A stretch of 64,000 nt of DNA, taken from positions 864,001 to 928,000 of the forward strand of contig CAVXGR010000018.1 in assembly GCA_963761335.1 (NCBI GenBank). The letters run 5' to 3'. The position numbers and the translations under genes were made by a program. The number at the start of each line of letters is the position of its first letter. Position 1 is the first letter of the stretch. The stretch is from an uncultured delta proteobacterium. GTDB lineage: Bacteria > Desulfobacterota > Binatia > HRBIN30 > BPIQ01. The notes beneath the pieces are model-generated. The model ran no database searches, had not been told where the DNA came from, and was given only the letters and a program-made list of their open reading frames with translations. Positions 18,723 through 28,608 of the stretch are shown piece after piece.

Positions 18723-20115
18723 CGCCTCGCTTTCTCCACCGCTGGCGGAACGATTGCGGCGCCGGGGCCGGGAAATCGCGGTAGCGGGTCCAGCCGCCGA
18801 GGAACCCCGGCAGCCAACGGATCTTGCCGCCGCGCGCCAACAACGGCGCCGCCAGCCGCGCCGCGCCTCCGGCGATCTCGTAGGCGCGCCGCGAGCTGAC
18901 GCTCAGGCGCCACAGGCGCACCATCCAGCGCTCGACGGTGGCGGTCTCGCCCCGGCGCGCCGACTGGTTTCGCAGGTTCAGCAGCAGGTGCGGGATGTCG
19001 ATCTTCACCGGGCAGATCTCGCGGCAGGCGCCGCAGAGGCTGGAGGCGAACGACAGCTCGGCTGCCTGTGGACCCTGCAGCGCCGGTGACACCACGGCGC
19101 CGATCGGGCCGGGGTAGGGCGACGCATAGGCGTGACCACCGACCTTGCGGTAGACGGGGCAGACGTTCAGACAGGCGCCGCAGCGAAGGCAGTAGAGAGC
19201 CTCGCGCAGACCCGGGTCGGCCAGCATGCGGCTGCGGCCGTTGTCGAGGATGACCACGTGCATCTCCTCGGGGCCGTCGATTCTCTCGCCGCGCGGGCCG
19301 CTGACCCAGGAGATGTAGCTGGTGAGCTTCTGGCCGGTGGCGCTGCGCGGCAGCAGGCGCAGAAACACGCTCAGGTCATCGAGCCGCGGGATGACCTTCT
19401 CGATTCCCATGACGGCGACGTAGACCGGCGGCATGGTGAGCGACAGCCGGCCATTGCCCTCGTTCTCGACGACCACGAGCGTGCCGGTTTCGGCGACGGC
19501 GAAGTTGACGCCGGTGATCCCCATGTCGGCGGTGCAGAACTTCTCGCGCAGCGTGCGGCGGGCGACGCGGGTGAGATCCTCGGGGTTGTCGTAGACCGGC
19601 ACGGCAAGGCGCTCGTGAAAGAGCTGGGCGATGTCCGCCTGCGACTTGTGAATCGCCGGGGTGATGATGTGGGAAGGCGGCTCGCCGGCGAGCTGAACGA
19701 TGTACTCGCCGAGGTCGGTCTCGACCACCTCTGTGCCGATACTCTCGAGGGCGGGATTGAGCGCGATCTCCTCGGTGGTCATCGACTTGCCTTTGACCAC
19801 ACGCCGCACGCCGCGCTGGCGTGCCAGGTCGACGATGTAGTCACGGGCGCTCTCGGCATCGCTCGCCCAGAAGACGCGCACCCCGGCGTCGATCAGCTTG
19901 GTCTCCAGCTCCTCGAGCAGCTCGGCGAGTCGATCGGCGCTGCTCTCCTTGATGGCGCGCGCCTGGTCGCGCAGCGACTCGACGGTAGGGTATTCCTCGA
20001 AGGCGTGCTGGCGCTTCTCGAGAAAGCGCAGCGAGGCGTTGTCGAGGGCGCGGTGCAGCTTGGCGTTGGCAGCGGGACGCTGCGAGCGCTCGGCGAATGA
20101 GCCGGTCGGATTCAT
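18706..20115 (-). CDS. lutB: Lactate utilization Fe-S protein LutB/LldF
   Basis: KGKSMTTEE, ETDLGEYI, ENEGN, CLRCGACLNVCP, SSLCGACREICP. Confidence 0.92.
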   Translation of the reverse strand: MNPTGSFAERSQRPAANAKLHRALDNASLRFLEKRQHAFEEYPTVESLRDQARAIKESSADRLAELLEELETKLIDAGVRVFWASDAESARDYIVDLARQRGVRRVVKGKSMTTEEIALNPALESIGTEVVETDLGEYIVQLAGEPPSHIITPAIHKSQADIAQLFHERLAVPVYDNPEDLTRVARRTLREKFCTADMGITGVNFAVAETGTLVVVENEGNGRLSLTMPPVYVAVMGIEKVIPRLDDLSVFLRLLPRSATGQKLTSYISWVSGPRGERIDGPEEMHVVILDNGRSRMLADPGLREALYCLRCGACLNVCPVYRKVGGHAYASPYPGPIGAVVSPALQGPQAAELSFASSLCGACREICPVKIDIPHLLLNLRNQSARRGETATVERWMVRLWRLSVSSRRAYEIAGGAARLAAPLLARGGKIRWLPGFLGGWTRYRDFPAPAPQSFRQRWRKRGDGRSR

Positions 20116-20116
20116 C

Positions 20117-20539
20117 TCATGCCACCGCGAAGGTGCCGTCCTGCAGCATGCCCACGAAGGCGCGGTCGGCTTCGAGAAAGTCGAGTGCGGCGAGCTCGCG
20201 CGGCTCCGCCCAGCGGATCTCCGCGAAGCAGTTGTTGACCGGCGTGCCGTCGTAATGGCGCACGTGCACGAAGACCAGGTCGCAGGTGGGCCCCTGCGGA
20301 TAGATGTGGCGGGTGTGGCAGATCTCACGCCCCGGCTCGGCGGTGATGCCGAGCTCCTCGCGAAGCTCGCGGCGGACGCAGTCGGCTGGGGACTCTCCGG
20401 CCTCGAGCTTGCCGCCGGGGAACTCCCACTTTCCCGGATGGGCGCCGCCGAGCTTTCGCCGGCAGACGAGCACCGAGCGGCCGCGAAAGATCACACCCGC
20501 AGCGACCCGCAACGCCGCTTCTTCCCGCTGGCTCTCCAT
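20117..20539 (-). CDS. NUDIX hydrolase, MutT/NudG-like
   Basis: WEFPGGKLEAGESPADCVRRELREELG Nudix box. Confidence 0.88.
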   Translation of the reverse strand: MESQREEAALRVAAGVIFRGRSVLVCRRKLGGAHPGKWEFPGGKLEAGESPADCVRRELREELGITAEPGREICHTRHIYPQGPTCDLVFVHVRHYDGTPVNNCFAEIRWAEPRELAALDFLEADRAFVGMLQDGTFAVA

Positions 20540-20547
20540 CGCCCCTC

Positions 20548-21393
20548 TCAGTTCAGACGCGCCACCGCCTGGCGGAGCCCTGGCAGCTGGGCGCGAACGG
20601 CCTCCGCCTGCGCGTCGTCGGGGGCGAGCTGCAGGAGTCGTTCGAAATCGGCAAGAGCTGCGGCGAAGCACTCGAGTCGCTGGAAGAGGGCGCCGCGGTC
20701 GCGCAGCTCGTCCGGCGAGTCGGGGATCACCAGGAGGAGCAGCTCGCAGACCTGCAGGGCGTGCGGCCAGTCCTGGCGCTCCAGATGAGTCTGCTTCAGG
20801 TTGCGCAGCACGCGGGCGATGATCTCGCGGCTGGAGGCGGCGCGCAGGAGATCGGCGCTCAGCTTGGCCCGCGAGCCGTAGACGGTCTGCAGGCGCCGTT
20901 CGCAGTCGGCGTGCGAGAGGATGCAGCCCTGAAAGGCGTCGACGAGGACTTCCTCCGAAGGGTCAGCGTACTTCACCAGGAAATGTCCGGGAAAACAGAC
21001 CCCGTAGACCGGCAGGCCGAGCCGCTGGCCGACCTCGGTGTAGACCAGGGAGAGAGTGATCGGGATCCCGCAGCGCCGTTCGATCACGTCGTTCAGGTAG
21101 CTGTTGCGCGGATCGTAGTAGTCGTCGCGATTGCCGTGAAAGCCCTGCTCCGTAAAGAGAAAGTCGTTCAGCGCCTCGATTCGCTGCCGGCCGCCGGAAC
21201 GGCCTCCGAGGCGCGCCGCCGCAGCGCGGCTGAGATCGTCAAGCTGGGCAATGGCGGCGGCCACGTCGAGCATCGGATACTCGTGCTGCGCGATCAGCAG
21301 GGCTGCTTCGGCGACGTCGATCTGGCTCTCCGGCAGCTGCATCAGTGCCGCGAATTGTTGGTTGGCGCTGGTAGCGGTTGCGGTCGGATTCAT
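20548..21393 (-). CDS. SirB1-family transglutaminase-like/TPR protein
   Basis: GFHGNRDDYYDPRNSYLN, GIPITL, FPGHFL, C-terminal TPR. Confidence 0.88.
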   Translation of the reverse strand: MNPTATATSANQQFAALMQLPESQIDVAEAALLIAQHEYPMLDVAAAIAQLDDLSRAAAARLGGRSGGRQRIEALNDFLFTEQGFHGNRDDYYDPRNSYLNDVIERRCGIPITLSLVYTEVGQRLGLPVYGVCFPGHFLVKYADPSEEVLVDAFQGCILSHADCERRLQTVYGSRAKLSADLLRAASSREIIARVLRNLKQTHLERQDWPHALQVCELLLLVIPDSPDELRDRGALFQRLECFAAALADFERLLQLAPDDAQAEAVRAQLPGLRQAVARLN

Positions 21394-21517
21394 CAGAGTC
21401 GCCTCGTACCGTTCGAATATCGCGGAGCCCACTGGCCTTTGCAAGAGAAGCGGCGCACCTCCGGGAGCGCACCGCGGCGGGTGGACAAGCGCCGCGGCTG
21501 CGGACTAGAAGAATCGC

Positions 21518-22531
21518 ATGGGTCGCCCCAAGGGCGTGCTCTCGGCCCTGCTCGAGGTCTGTGCGAGGCCGGGAAATCTGTTCATCCTGCCACACGACAA
21601 CCCCGATCCGGACGCTCTCGCCAGCGCCGCCACCCTCAAGTACCTGCTGTCGCAAAAGCTCGGGCGGGAAGCGCGCATCGTGCTCGGCGGCATCGTCGGA
21701 CGCGCCGAGAACCGCGCCATGGTCAAGTATCTCAGCATCGAGCTGGTTCCGGTGAGCGAGGTGCAGTTCGACGGGCAGGCGCTGGTGCTCATGGTGGACA
21801 CCCAGCCGGGGCGACAGAACAACTCTCTGCCCGCGGATTTCGTGCCCGCCGCCGTGATCGATCACCACCCGGCCTATTCGGCGATGACCGACGTCCCCTT
21901 CCTGGATCTGCGCGACCAGTACGGGGCCACCTCGACGATGCTCACCGAGTATCTGGAGGAGTCGCACCTCGACGTGGAGGCCAAGATCGCCACGGCGTTG
22001 TTCTACGGCATCAACGCCGAGACCCAGGACCTCGGACGGGAGGCGACGCCGGCCGACGTGCGCGCCAGCCATTTCCTCTATCCCTTCGCCAACAAGCGCC
22101 GCCTGGCGAAGATCGAGAACGCCCGGGTGCCGCGCGAGTACTTCGGAGTTTTCCGCGAGGCCATCGACGAGGCGGTGGTCTACGACAAGGTGGTCATCTC
22201 CGCCCTGGGCGAGGTGCAGTACCCCGACATGGTCGCCGAGGTCGCCGACTTTCTCCTCCGCCTCGACGAGGTGGAATGGTCGGCGGCGATCGGTTGCTAC
22301 GGGCCCTATCTTCACGTTTCACTGCGCACCACCAACCGCGATGCCAATGCCGGCGAGGTGCTGCAACGGGTACTCGGCAGCCACTCCGCCGGCGGTCACG
22401 ACCAGATCGCGGGTGGGCGCATTCGCGTCGGCGAAGGGGCGGTGGCGCACGAGAAGGCCGGGGTGCGCATCAAGGAGCGCCTCCTCGGCATCCTCGGCGC
22501 GCGGAACTGCGCGGCGAGCAACCTGGTCTGA
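21518..22531 (+). CDS. DHH-family phosphoesterase
   Basis: HDNPDPD, VDT, IDHH, GATST, AGGH. Confidence 0.88.
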   Translation: MGRPKGVLSALLEVCARPGNLFILPHDNPDPDALASAATLKYLLSQKLGREARIVLGGIVGRAENRAMVKYLSIELVPVSEVQFDGQALVLMVDTQPGRQNNSLPADFVPAAVIDHHPAYSAMTDVPFLDLRDQYGATSTMLTEYLEESHLDVEAKIATALFYGINAETQDLGREATPADVRASHFLYPFANKRRLAKIENARVPREYFGVFREAIDEAVVYDKVVISALGEVQYPDMVAEVADFLLRLDEVEWSAAIGCYGPYLHVSLRTTNRDANAGEVLQRVLGSHSAGGHDQIAGGRIRVGEGAVAHEKAGVRIKERLLGILGARNCAASNLV

Positions 22532-22533
22532 TC

Positions 22534-23649
<1,116 letters not shown>

Positions 23650-23659
23650 CCGCGCCGTT

Positions 23660-24742
23660 TCAGTCGAGCAGAGCTGCCGCGACGCTCTCCAGCGCCGCGC
23701 CCTCCGGCGTGTGGCGAATGCAGAGGCTCTGGGCGCGTTCGCTGTAGCGGTGCAGGGGATGCTCGACGACATATCCGGCACCGCCGTGCAGATGGTGCGC
23801 GCTGAAGGCCATTCGCTTGAAGCTCTGGCCGACGAAGGCGGCCGCGGCGGGAAGATCGATGGACTCGTCGCGGTCTTCGGCCACTCGCGTGATCGCCTGC
23901 CAGGCGAGATGGCGGGAGGCGGTGTAGACGGTGGCCATGTCGGCGACCTGGTGCTGGACCGCCTGAAAAACGGCGATCTTCTGGCCGAACTGCTCGCGCT
24001 CCTTCACGTAGGCGACGGTCCTCTCCAAGAGTGCCTCCATCCCGCCGATCATCTCCGCCAGCGCCAGAACGACCTGCTGGCGTTGCAGGCGCAGCAGAGC
24101 TGCCGCTCCCGCCGACGCGTCGGTGAGCCGGCGCGCCGGCGTGCCATCGAAATGGACGACCGCCTGTGCCTCACCGCTGCAGAAGCCGCGCAGGGGAGAG
24201 CGCCTGGCCTGGCTCCCGTCGGCAAGGGCCAGCGACAACCCCTCGCCATCGCGGGCCGCCACCAGCAGCAGGTCGGCGGTGTCTCCGTGGACGACGTACC
24301 ACTTCGCGCCGTGCAGGCGAGGCGGGTCTCCCTCGATGGCGGCGCGCAGAGCGCCGGCTTGCGAGGCACGCTCCTCGTCGATCGCCAGGGCGAGCCGGCG
24401 GCTGCCGCCGGCCAGCGCCGCGAGCTCCGCGGCTTCCGGGTCGACCTGCGCCAGCGCCCAGGTGCCACGGATGGCGGAGATCACCGCAGTGGGAACGAGC
24501 CCGCGGCTGCACTCGGCCAGCAGGCAGGCGACCTCGACGAGACCGCGACCGCTGCCGCCGGCGGTCGCCGGCACGCCGAGACCGAACCAGCCGAGACGGG
24601 ATACTTCGCTCCAGAAGGCGCCGTCGACCCCGTTCGGCTGCCGGTCCCACTCGCCGAGTCGTTCCGGGGTCACCCGCTCGCTGCAGAAGCGGCGCACCGC
24701 GGCGATCAGCTCCTCTTGCTCGGCGGAGTACGCGAGATTCAT
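23660..24742 (-). CDS. Acyl-CoA dehydrogenase, likely non-catalytic partner subunit (ChsE1/FadE27-like)
   Basis: REQFGQKIAVFQAVQH, HGGAGY, short C-terminus. Overlaps the upstream ACAD. Confidence 0.8.
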   Translation of the reverse strand: MNLAYSAEQEELIAAVRRFCSERVTPERLGEWDRQPNGVDGAFWSEVSRLGWFGLGVPATAGGSGRGLVEVACLLAECSRGLVPTAVISAIRGTWALAQVDPEAAELAALAGGSRRLALAIDEERASQAGALRAAIEGDPPRLHGAKWYVVHGDTADLLLVAARDGEGLSLALADGSQARRSPLRGFCSGEAQAVVHFDGTPARRLTDASAGAAALLRLQRQQVVLALAEMIGGMEALLERTVAYVKEREQFGQKIAVFQAVQHQVADMATVYTASRHLAWQAITRVAEDRDESIDLPAAAAFVGQSFKRMAFSAHHLHGGAGYVVEHPLHRYSERAQSLCIRHTPEGAALESVAAALLD

Positions 24743-25911
24743 TTGCGGGGTAGCCCGTAGCCGAGCATGGCGATGATGTTCCGCTGCACCTCGTTGGTGC
24801 CGCCGCCAAAGGCGAGCATGGGTGCGATGCGATAGAGCCACTGCAGGCGGCCGTGCAGAGCGGCGAGAGGCTCGTTCGGATGGAGCTGGCCGTTCAGCCC
24901 GAGGATCTCCGTGCCGGCGTCGGAGACGCGCTGCGCCAGCTCGCTCACCCATACCTTCGCCATCGAGGACTCAGAGGCCGGCACCCGTCCCTGATCGATC
25001 GCCCAGGCGGTCTGCAGGCCGATCATGCGCGCTGCTTCGATGTCGACGGCAAGGCGCGCCAGGCGCTCCCGCACCCAGGGCTGCCGGCGCAGCGGCCGGT
25101 CGTCGATCTCCAGGGTCCGGACCCGCTCGACGAGCTGGCGGAAGTAGCGCCGCACCATGGCCACCGAGCCGATGCTCAGCCGCTCGAAGTTCAAGGCCAT
25201 GGCGGCGTAGTAGAACCCCATGCCGCGCTCGCCGATGAGGTAGTCCCGCGGCACCCGCACGTCGTCGAGGAACAGGGCGTTGGTGCGCAGGCCCGGCCAG
25301 ACGTAGATCGGCTGGATGCTGACCCCGGGCGCGTCCATCGGCACGATGAACATGGATATGCCCTTGTGCTTGGGAGCCTCCGGCTCGGTGCGGACGGCGA
25401 TCCAGTTGTGGGTCGCCGTGTGCGCCATGGTGTTCCACATCTTCTGGCCGCCGATCACCCACTCGTCCCCGTCGAGCACGGCGCGGGTGCGCAGCGCCGC
25501 GAGATCGGTGCCGGCATCGGGCTCCGAGTAGCCGAGGGCAAACTCCACCTCGGCGGCCTTGATGCGCGGCAGCCAGTGCCGCTTCTGCTCCTCGGAGCCG
25601 ATCCGCATGATCGTCGGCGCCACCGAGGTTACGGTCAGGGGCAGCATCGGGGCGCCGGCGCCCTCCAGCTCGTCGACGAAGATCCACTGATCGATCGCCG
25701 AGCGCTCCATGCCCCCATAGGCTCGCGGCCAGGCGAGACCCCACCAGCCGCGATCGCGCAGGGCCAGGACGAACTGGCGCGCGTAGGTGCCGGTCCCTTC
25801 GTTGCCGAACTCGCGCAGCTCCTCGATCAGTCGAGGATCCAATTGCTCGGCCAGGAAGGCGCGGACCTCATTGCGCCAGGCCTCTTGCTCCGGGGTGAAC
25901 TCGTAGCGCAC
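24739..25911 (-). CDS. Acyl-CoA dehydrogenase, catalytic-type subunit (FadE26/FadE29-like)
   Basis: GYSEPDAGTDLA, LNFERL, FGGGTNEVQRNII. GTG start. Confidence 0.85.
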   Translation of the reverse strand: MRYEFTPEQEAWRNEVRAFLAEQLDPRLIEELREFGNEGTGTYARQFVLALRDRGWWGLAWPRAYGGMERSAIDQWIFVDELEGAGAPMLPLTVTSVAPTIMRIGSEEQKRHWLPRIKAAEVEFALGYSEPDAGTDLAALRTRAVLDGDEWVIGGQKMWNTMAHTATHNWIAVRTEPEAPKHKGISMFIVPMDAPGVSIQPIYVWPGLRTNALFLDDVRVPRDYLIGERGMGFYYAAMALNFERLSIGSVAMVRRYFRQLVERVRTLEIDDRPLRRQPWVRERLARLAVDIEAARMIGLQTAWAIDQGRVPASESSMAKVWVSELAQRVSDAGTEILGLNGQLHPNEPLAALHGRLQWLYRIAPMLAFGGGTNEVQRNIIAMLGYGLPRK

Positions 25912-26047
25912 CGCTCTCTCCGTCGCCGCACACACAAGGCGAAAATGCGCTCGGATGCAAGCTCCTGGCGGAAGCCGCGCCTTGCGTTGCGCCCCCGGCA
26001 ACCGTGTGGTAGCCGACCTGCAATCCCACCGGCTTGCGGAGGACACG

Positions 26048-27211
26048 ATGGATTTCGGTTTTAGCGAAGAGCAGGAGATGCTGCGGCAGAGCGCCCGCGG
26101 GTTCCTCGAGCAGGAATGCCCGATCACCTACGTCCGGCAGATGATGGACGACGATACCGGCTACTCCGAGGATCGGTGGCGGAAGATGACCGAGCTGGGG
26201 TGGCAGGGCCTGATCTTCCCCGAGGAGTACGGCGGCTCGGGCCTGAGCATGGTCGACCTGGTGGTAATCCTCGAAGAGATGGGCCGCCTGGTGACCCCTG
26301 GCCCGTTCTTCTCCAGCGTGGTGCTCGGCGGACTGGGAATTCTGCTCGGCGGCTCGAAGGCCCAGAAGGAGAAGCTTCTGCCCGACATCGCCGCGGGAAA
26401 GACCAAGGCGACGCTGGCGCAGGTGGAGGAGAGCGGCCGCTGGGACGCGGGCGGCATTGCCCTGCCGGCAACCAAGACGCCGGAGGGCTTCTCACTCTCG
26501 GGAGTGAAGCTCTTCGTCCCCGACGCGCACGTGTCGGACTTGCTCCTGGTTCCGGCGCGGACCTCGGGAAAGGGGGAGAGGGGGGTGACCATGTTTCTGG
26601 TCCCCACCAACGCCGCGGGCGTGAGCATCACGCTTCTGAAGACCATGGACCAGACGCGCAAGCTCTGCGAGATCCGCTTCGACGATGTCAAGGTGCGTAA
26701 GGACGAGGTGCTCGGCGGAGTGGGCAAGGGATGGTCGTTGCTCGATCGCCTGGTGGAACGCGTCAAGGTGGCACTGTGCGCCGAGATGTGCGGCGGGGCG
26801 CAGAAGGTGCTCGAGATGAGCGTCGATTACGCCAAGGTGCGCGAGCAGTTCGGCCGTCCGATCGGCAGCTTCCAGGCAATTCAGCACAAGTGCGCCAACA
26901 TGATGGTGCAGGTCGAGAGCGCCAAGTCGGCGACCTACTACGCCGCCTGGGCCGTGGCCAACGACGTGCCCGAGGCGCATCTGGCGGCGTGCATGGCCAA
27001 GGCGTACTGCTCGGACGCCTATCGCTACGTGAGTGGGGAGGGCATTCAGATCCACGGCGGGATCGGTTTCACCTGGGAGCACGACATGCATCTGTACTTC
27101 AAGCGGGCGAAGGGGTCCGAGGTCACCTGCGGCGACGCCACCTGGAACCGCGAGCTGGTGGCCCAGATCGTCCTCGACCAGCCGGAGGAGAAAGCCGTCG
27201 CCAATGGATGA
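26048..27211 (+). CDS. Acyl-CoA dehydrogenase (partner-type subunit)
   Basis: MDFGFSEEQ, REQFGRPIGSFQAIQHK, HGGIGFTWEH. GGAGG SD. Confidence 0.88.
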   Translation: MDFGFSEEQEMLRQSARGFLEQECPITYVRQMMDDDTGYSEDRWRKMTELGWQGLIFPEEYGGSGLSMVDLVVILEEMGRLVTPGPFFSSVVLGGLGILLGGSKAQKEKLLPDIAAGKTKATLAQVEESGRWDAGGIALPATKTPEGFSLSGVKLFVPDAHVSDLLLVPARTSGKGERGVTMFLVPTNAAGVSITLLKTMDQTRKLCEIRFDDVKVRKDEVLGGVGKGWSLLDRLVERVKVALCAEMCGGAQKVLEMSVDYAKVREQFGRPIGSFQAIQHKCANMMVQVESAKSATYYAAWAVANDVPEAHLAACMAKAYCSDAYRYVSGEGIQIHGGIGFTWEHDMHLYFKRAKGSEVTCGDATWNRELVAQIVLDQPEEKAVANG

Positions 27212-27653
27212 CGCCGCGGTCGGCCGCAAGGGGGCGCCGGTCGCCATGCGAGTCGAGCACGGCAAGATCCGCGAGTTCGCGCGCGCCATCAAGGATCCCA
27301 ACCCCGTCTACCTCGACGCGGAAGCGGCGCGCTCGATCGGGGGCATCGTCGCACCGCCGACCTTTTTGATGACGGCGGCGCACTGGGATGATGGACGCGG
27401 CCGGCCGGATCTGGGAATGGATCTGAAACGCGTGCTCCACGGCGAGCAGGAGTTCGAGTATCGGCGTCCGCTTCGCGCCGGGGACATGCTGACGGCGCAG
27501 ACGACGGTCGAGCGCGTCTACGAGAAGAAGGGCAAGCGGGGCGGCACGATGACTTTTGCGGTGACGGCGACGGAGTTTCGCGATGCCGCCGGCGAGGTGG
27601 TCGCCATCAGCCGCTCGACGGTGATCGAGACCGGCCGGGTGGTCGAGAGCTAG
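27204..27653 (+). CDS. MaoC-family dehydratase, non-catalytic (HadA-like) hotdog subunit
   Basis: IREFARA, APPTF, LHGEQEFEY. Confidence 0.8.
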   Translation: MDDAAVGRKGAPVAMRVEHGKIREFARAIKDPNPVYLDAEAARSIGGIVAPPTFLMTAAHWDDGRGRPDLGMDLKRVLHGEQEFEYRRPLRAGDMLTAQTTVERVYEKKGKRGGTMTFAVTATEFRDAAGEVVAISRSTVIETGRVVES

Positions 27654-27664
27654 GTGCGCGGCGG

Positions 27665-28102
27665 ATGGCTCGGCAGTCGCAGCCGCTGTGCTTCGAGGAT
27701 GTGCGCGAAGGAGACGAGCTGCCGTCGGTCACTGTCGAGAAGCTGACCCGCACCGATCTGGTGCGTTACGCCGGAGCCTCTGGGGATTTCAATCCGATTC
27801 ACCATGATCAGACGTTCGCGGAGGCTGCGGGCCTGCCGACGGTATTCGGCCACGGCATGCTGACGGCGGCATTCGTCGGCCGCTGCGTCACCGACTACGT
27901 CGGTGCGCAGAACCTGCGCCGATTTCGCGTCCGCTTTGCCACACGTGTCTGGCCCGGCGACAGCATCCGCTGTCGCGGGCGGGTGACCCAGCGGTACGAG
28001 AGCGAGCGGCGGGGCTACATCGAAGGTGACGTGGAGGCGATCAACCAGAAGGGCGAGGTCGCCATCCAAGGCAGCTTCACTGCGGAGCTGCCGCGGCGCT
28101 AG
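27665..28102 (+). CDS. MaoC-family (R)-hydratase, catalytic (HadB-like) subunit
   Basis: Hydratase-2 motif YAGASGDFNPIH, HGML. Confidence 0.85.
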   Translation: MARQSQPLCFEDVREGDELPSVTVEKLTRTDLVRYAGASGDFNPIHHDQTFAEAAGLPTVFGHGMLTAAFVGRCVTDYVGAQNLRRFRVRFATRVWPGDSIRCRGRVTQRYESERRGYIEGDVEAINQKGEVAIQGSFTAELPRR

Positions 28103-28292
28103 TCGCGTCGCAGACCGCGGCGCGACGCCGCGACCATACTCGGCGTGCTCCACACGCCATCGCCGGCACCGCATCGAATGGTAAGCCTTTTCTGTCTCGC
28201 CAAAACGAGATAAAAAGGACCACGACTGGGCCAGTGCGACACAAGGCGCCGTGGTGCGCCAGACACGCTGACGTTGAAGGAGGATACCACTG

Positions 28293-28565
28293 ATGCGAGC
28301 CGATATCCGCTTGGGAGACCTGCGAGGTCGTGAGCACGCCGCGAGCAAGCTGATGAACGTGAAGATCCCCGCCGAGGTGAGTGACCGGATTCAGCGGGTG
28401 GCGAATTCACTGAAGGCGTCCAAGACGGAAGTAGTCATTGCGCTGCTCAACGAAGGGCTCGACGTATCCGCGGGTGTGCTGAAGGGAATGAGGCCGGCGG
28501 CGAGCAAGGCCGAGCCGAGCAAGCCGAAGAAAGCGCGTCGCGGCAGACCCCGGAAGAACCCCTGA
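28293..28565 (+). CDS. Small basic DNA-binding protein: ribbon-helix-helix-like core plus C-terminal AT-hook
   Basis: AAGGAGG SD. LMNVKIP-helix-ASKTEVV-helix pattern; C-terminal KKARRGRPRK. Confidence 0.7.
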   Translation: MRADIRLGDLRGREHAASKLMNVKIPAEVSDRIQRVANSLKASKTEVVIALLNEGLDVSAGVLKGMRPAASKAEPSKPKKARRGRPRKNP

Positions 28566-28608
28566 GGTCGCGCGTGGTCCGCGGAAGAAAGCGCCGCGGC
28601 TCCCGCCT

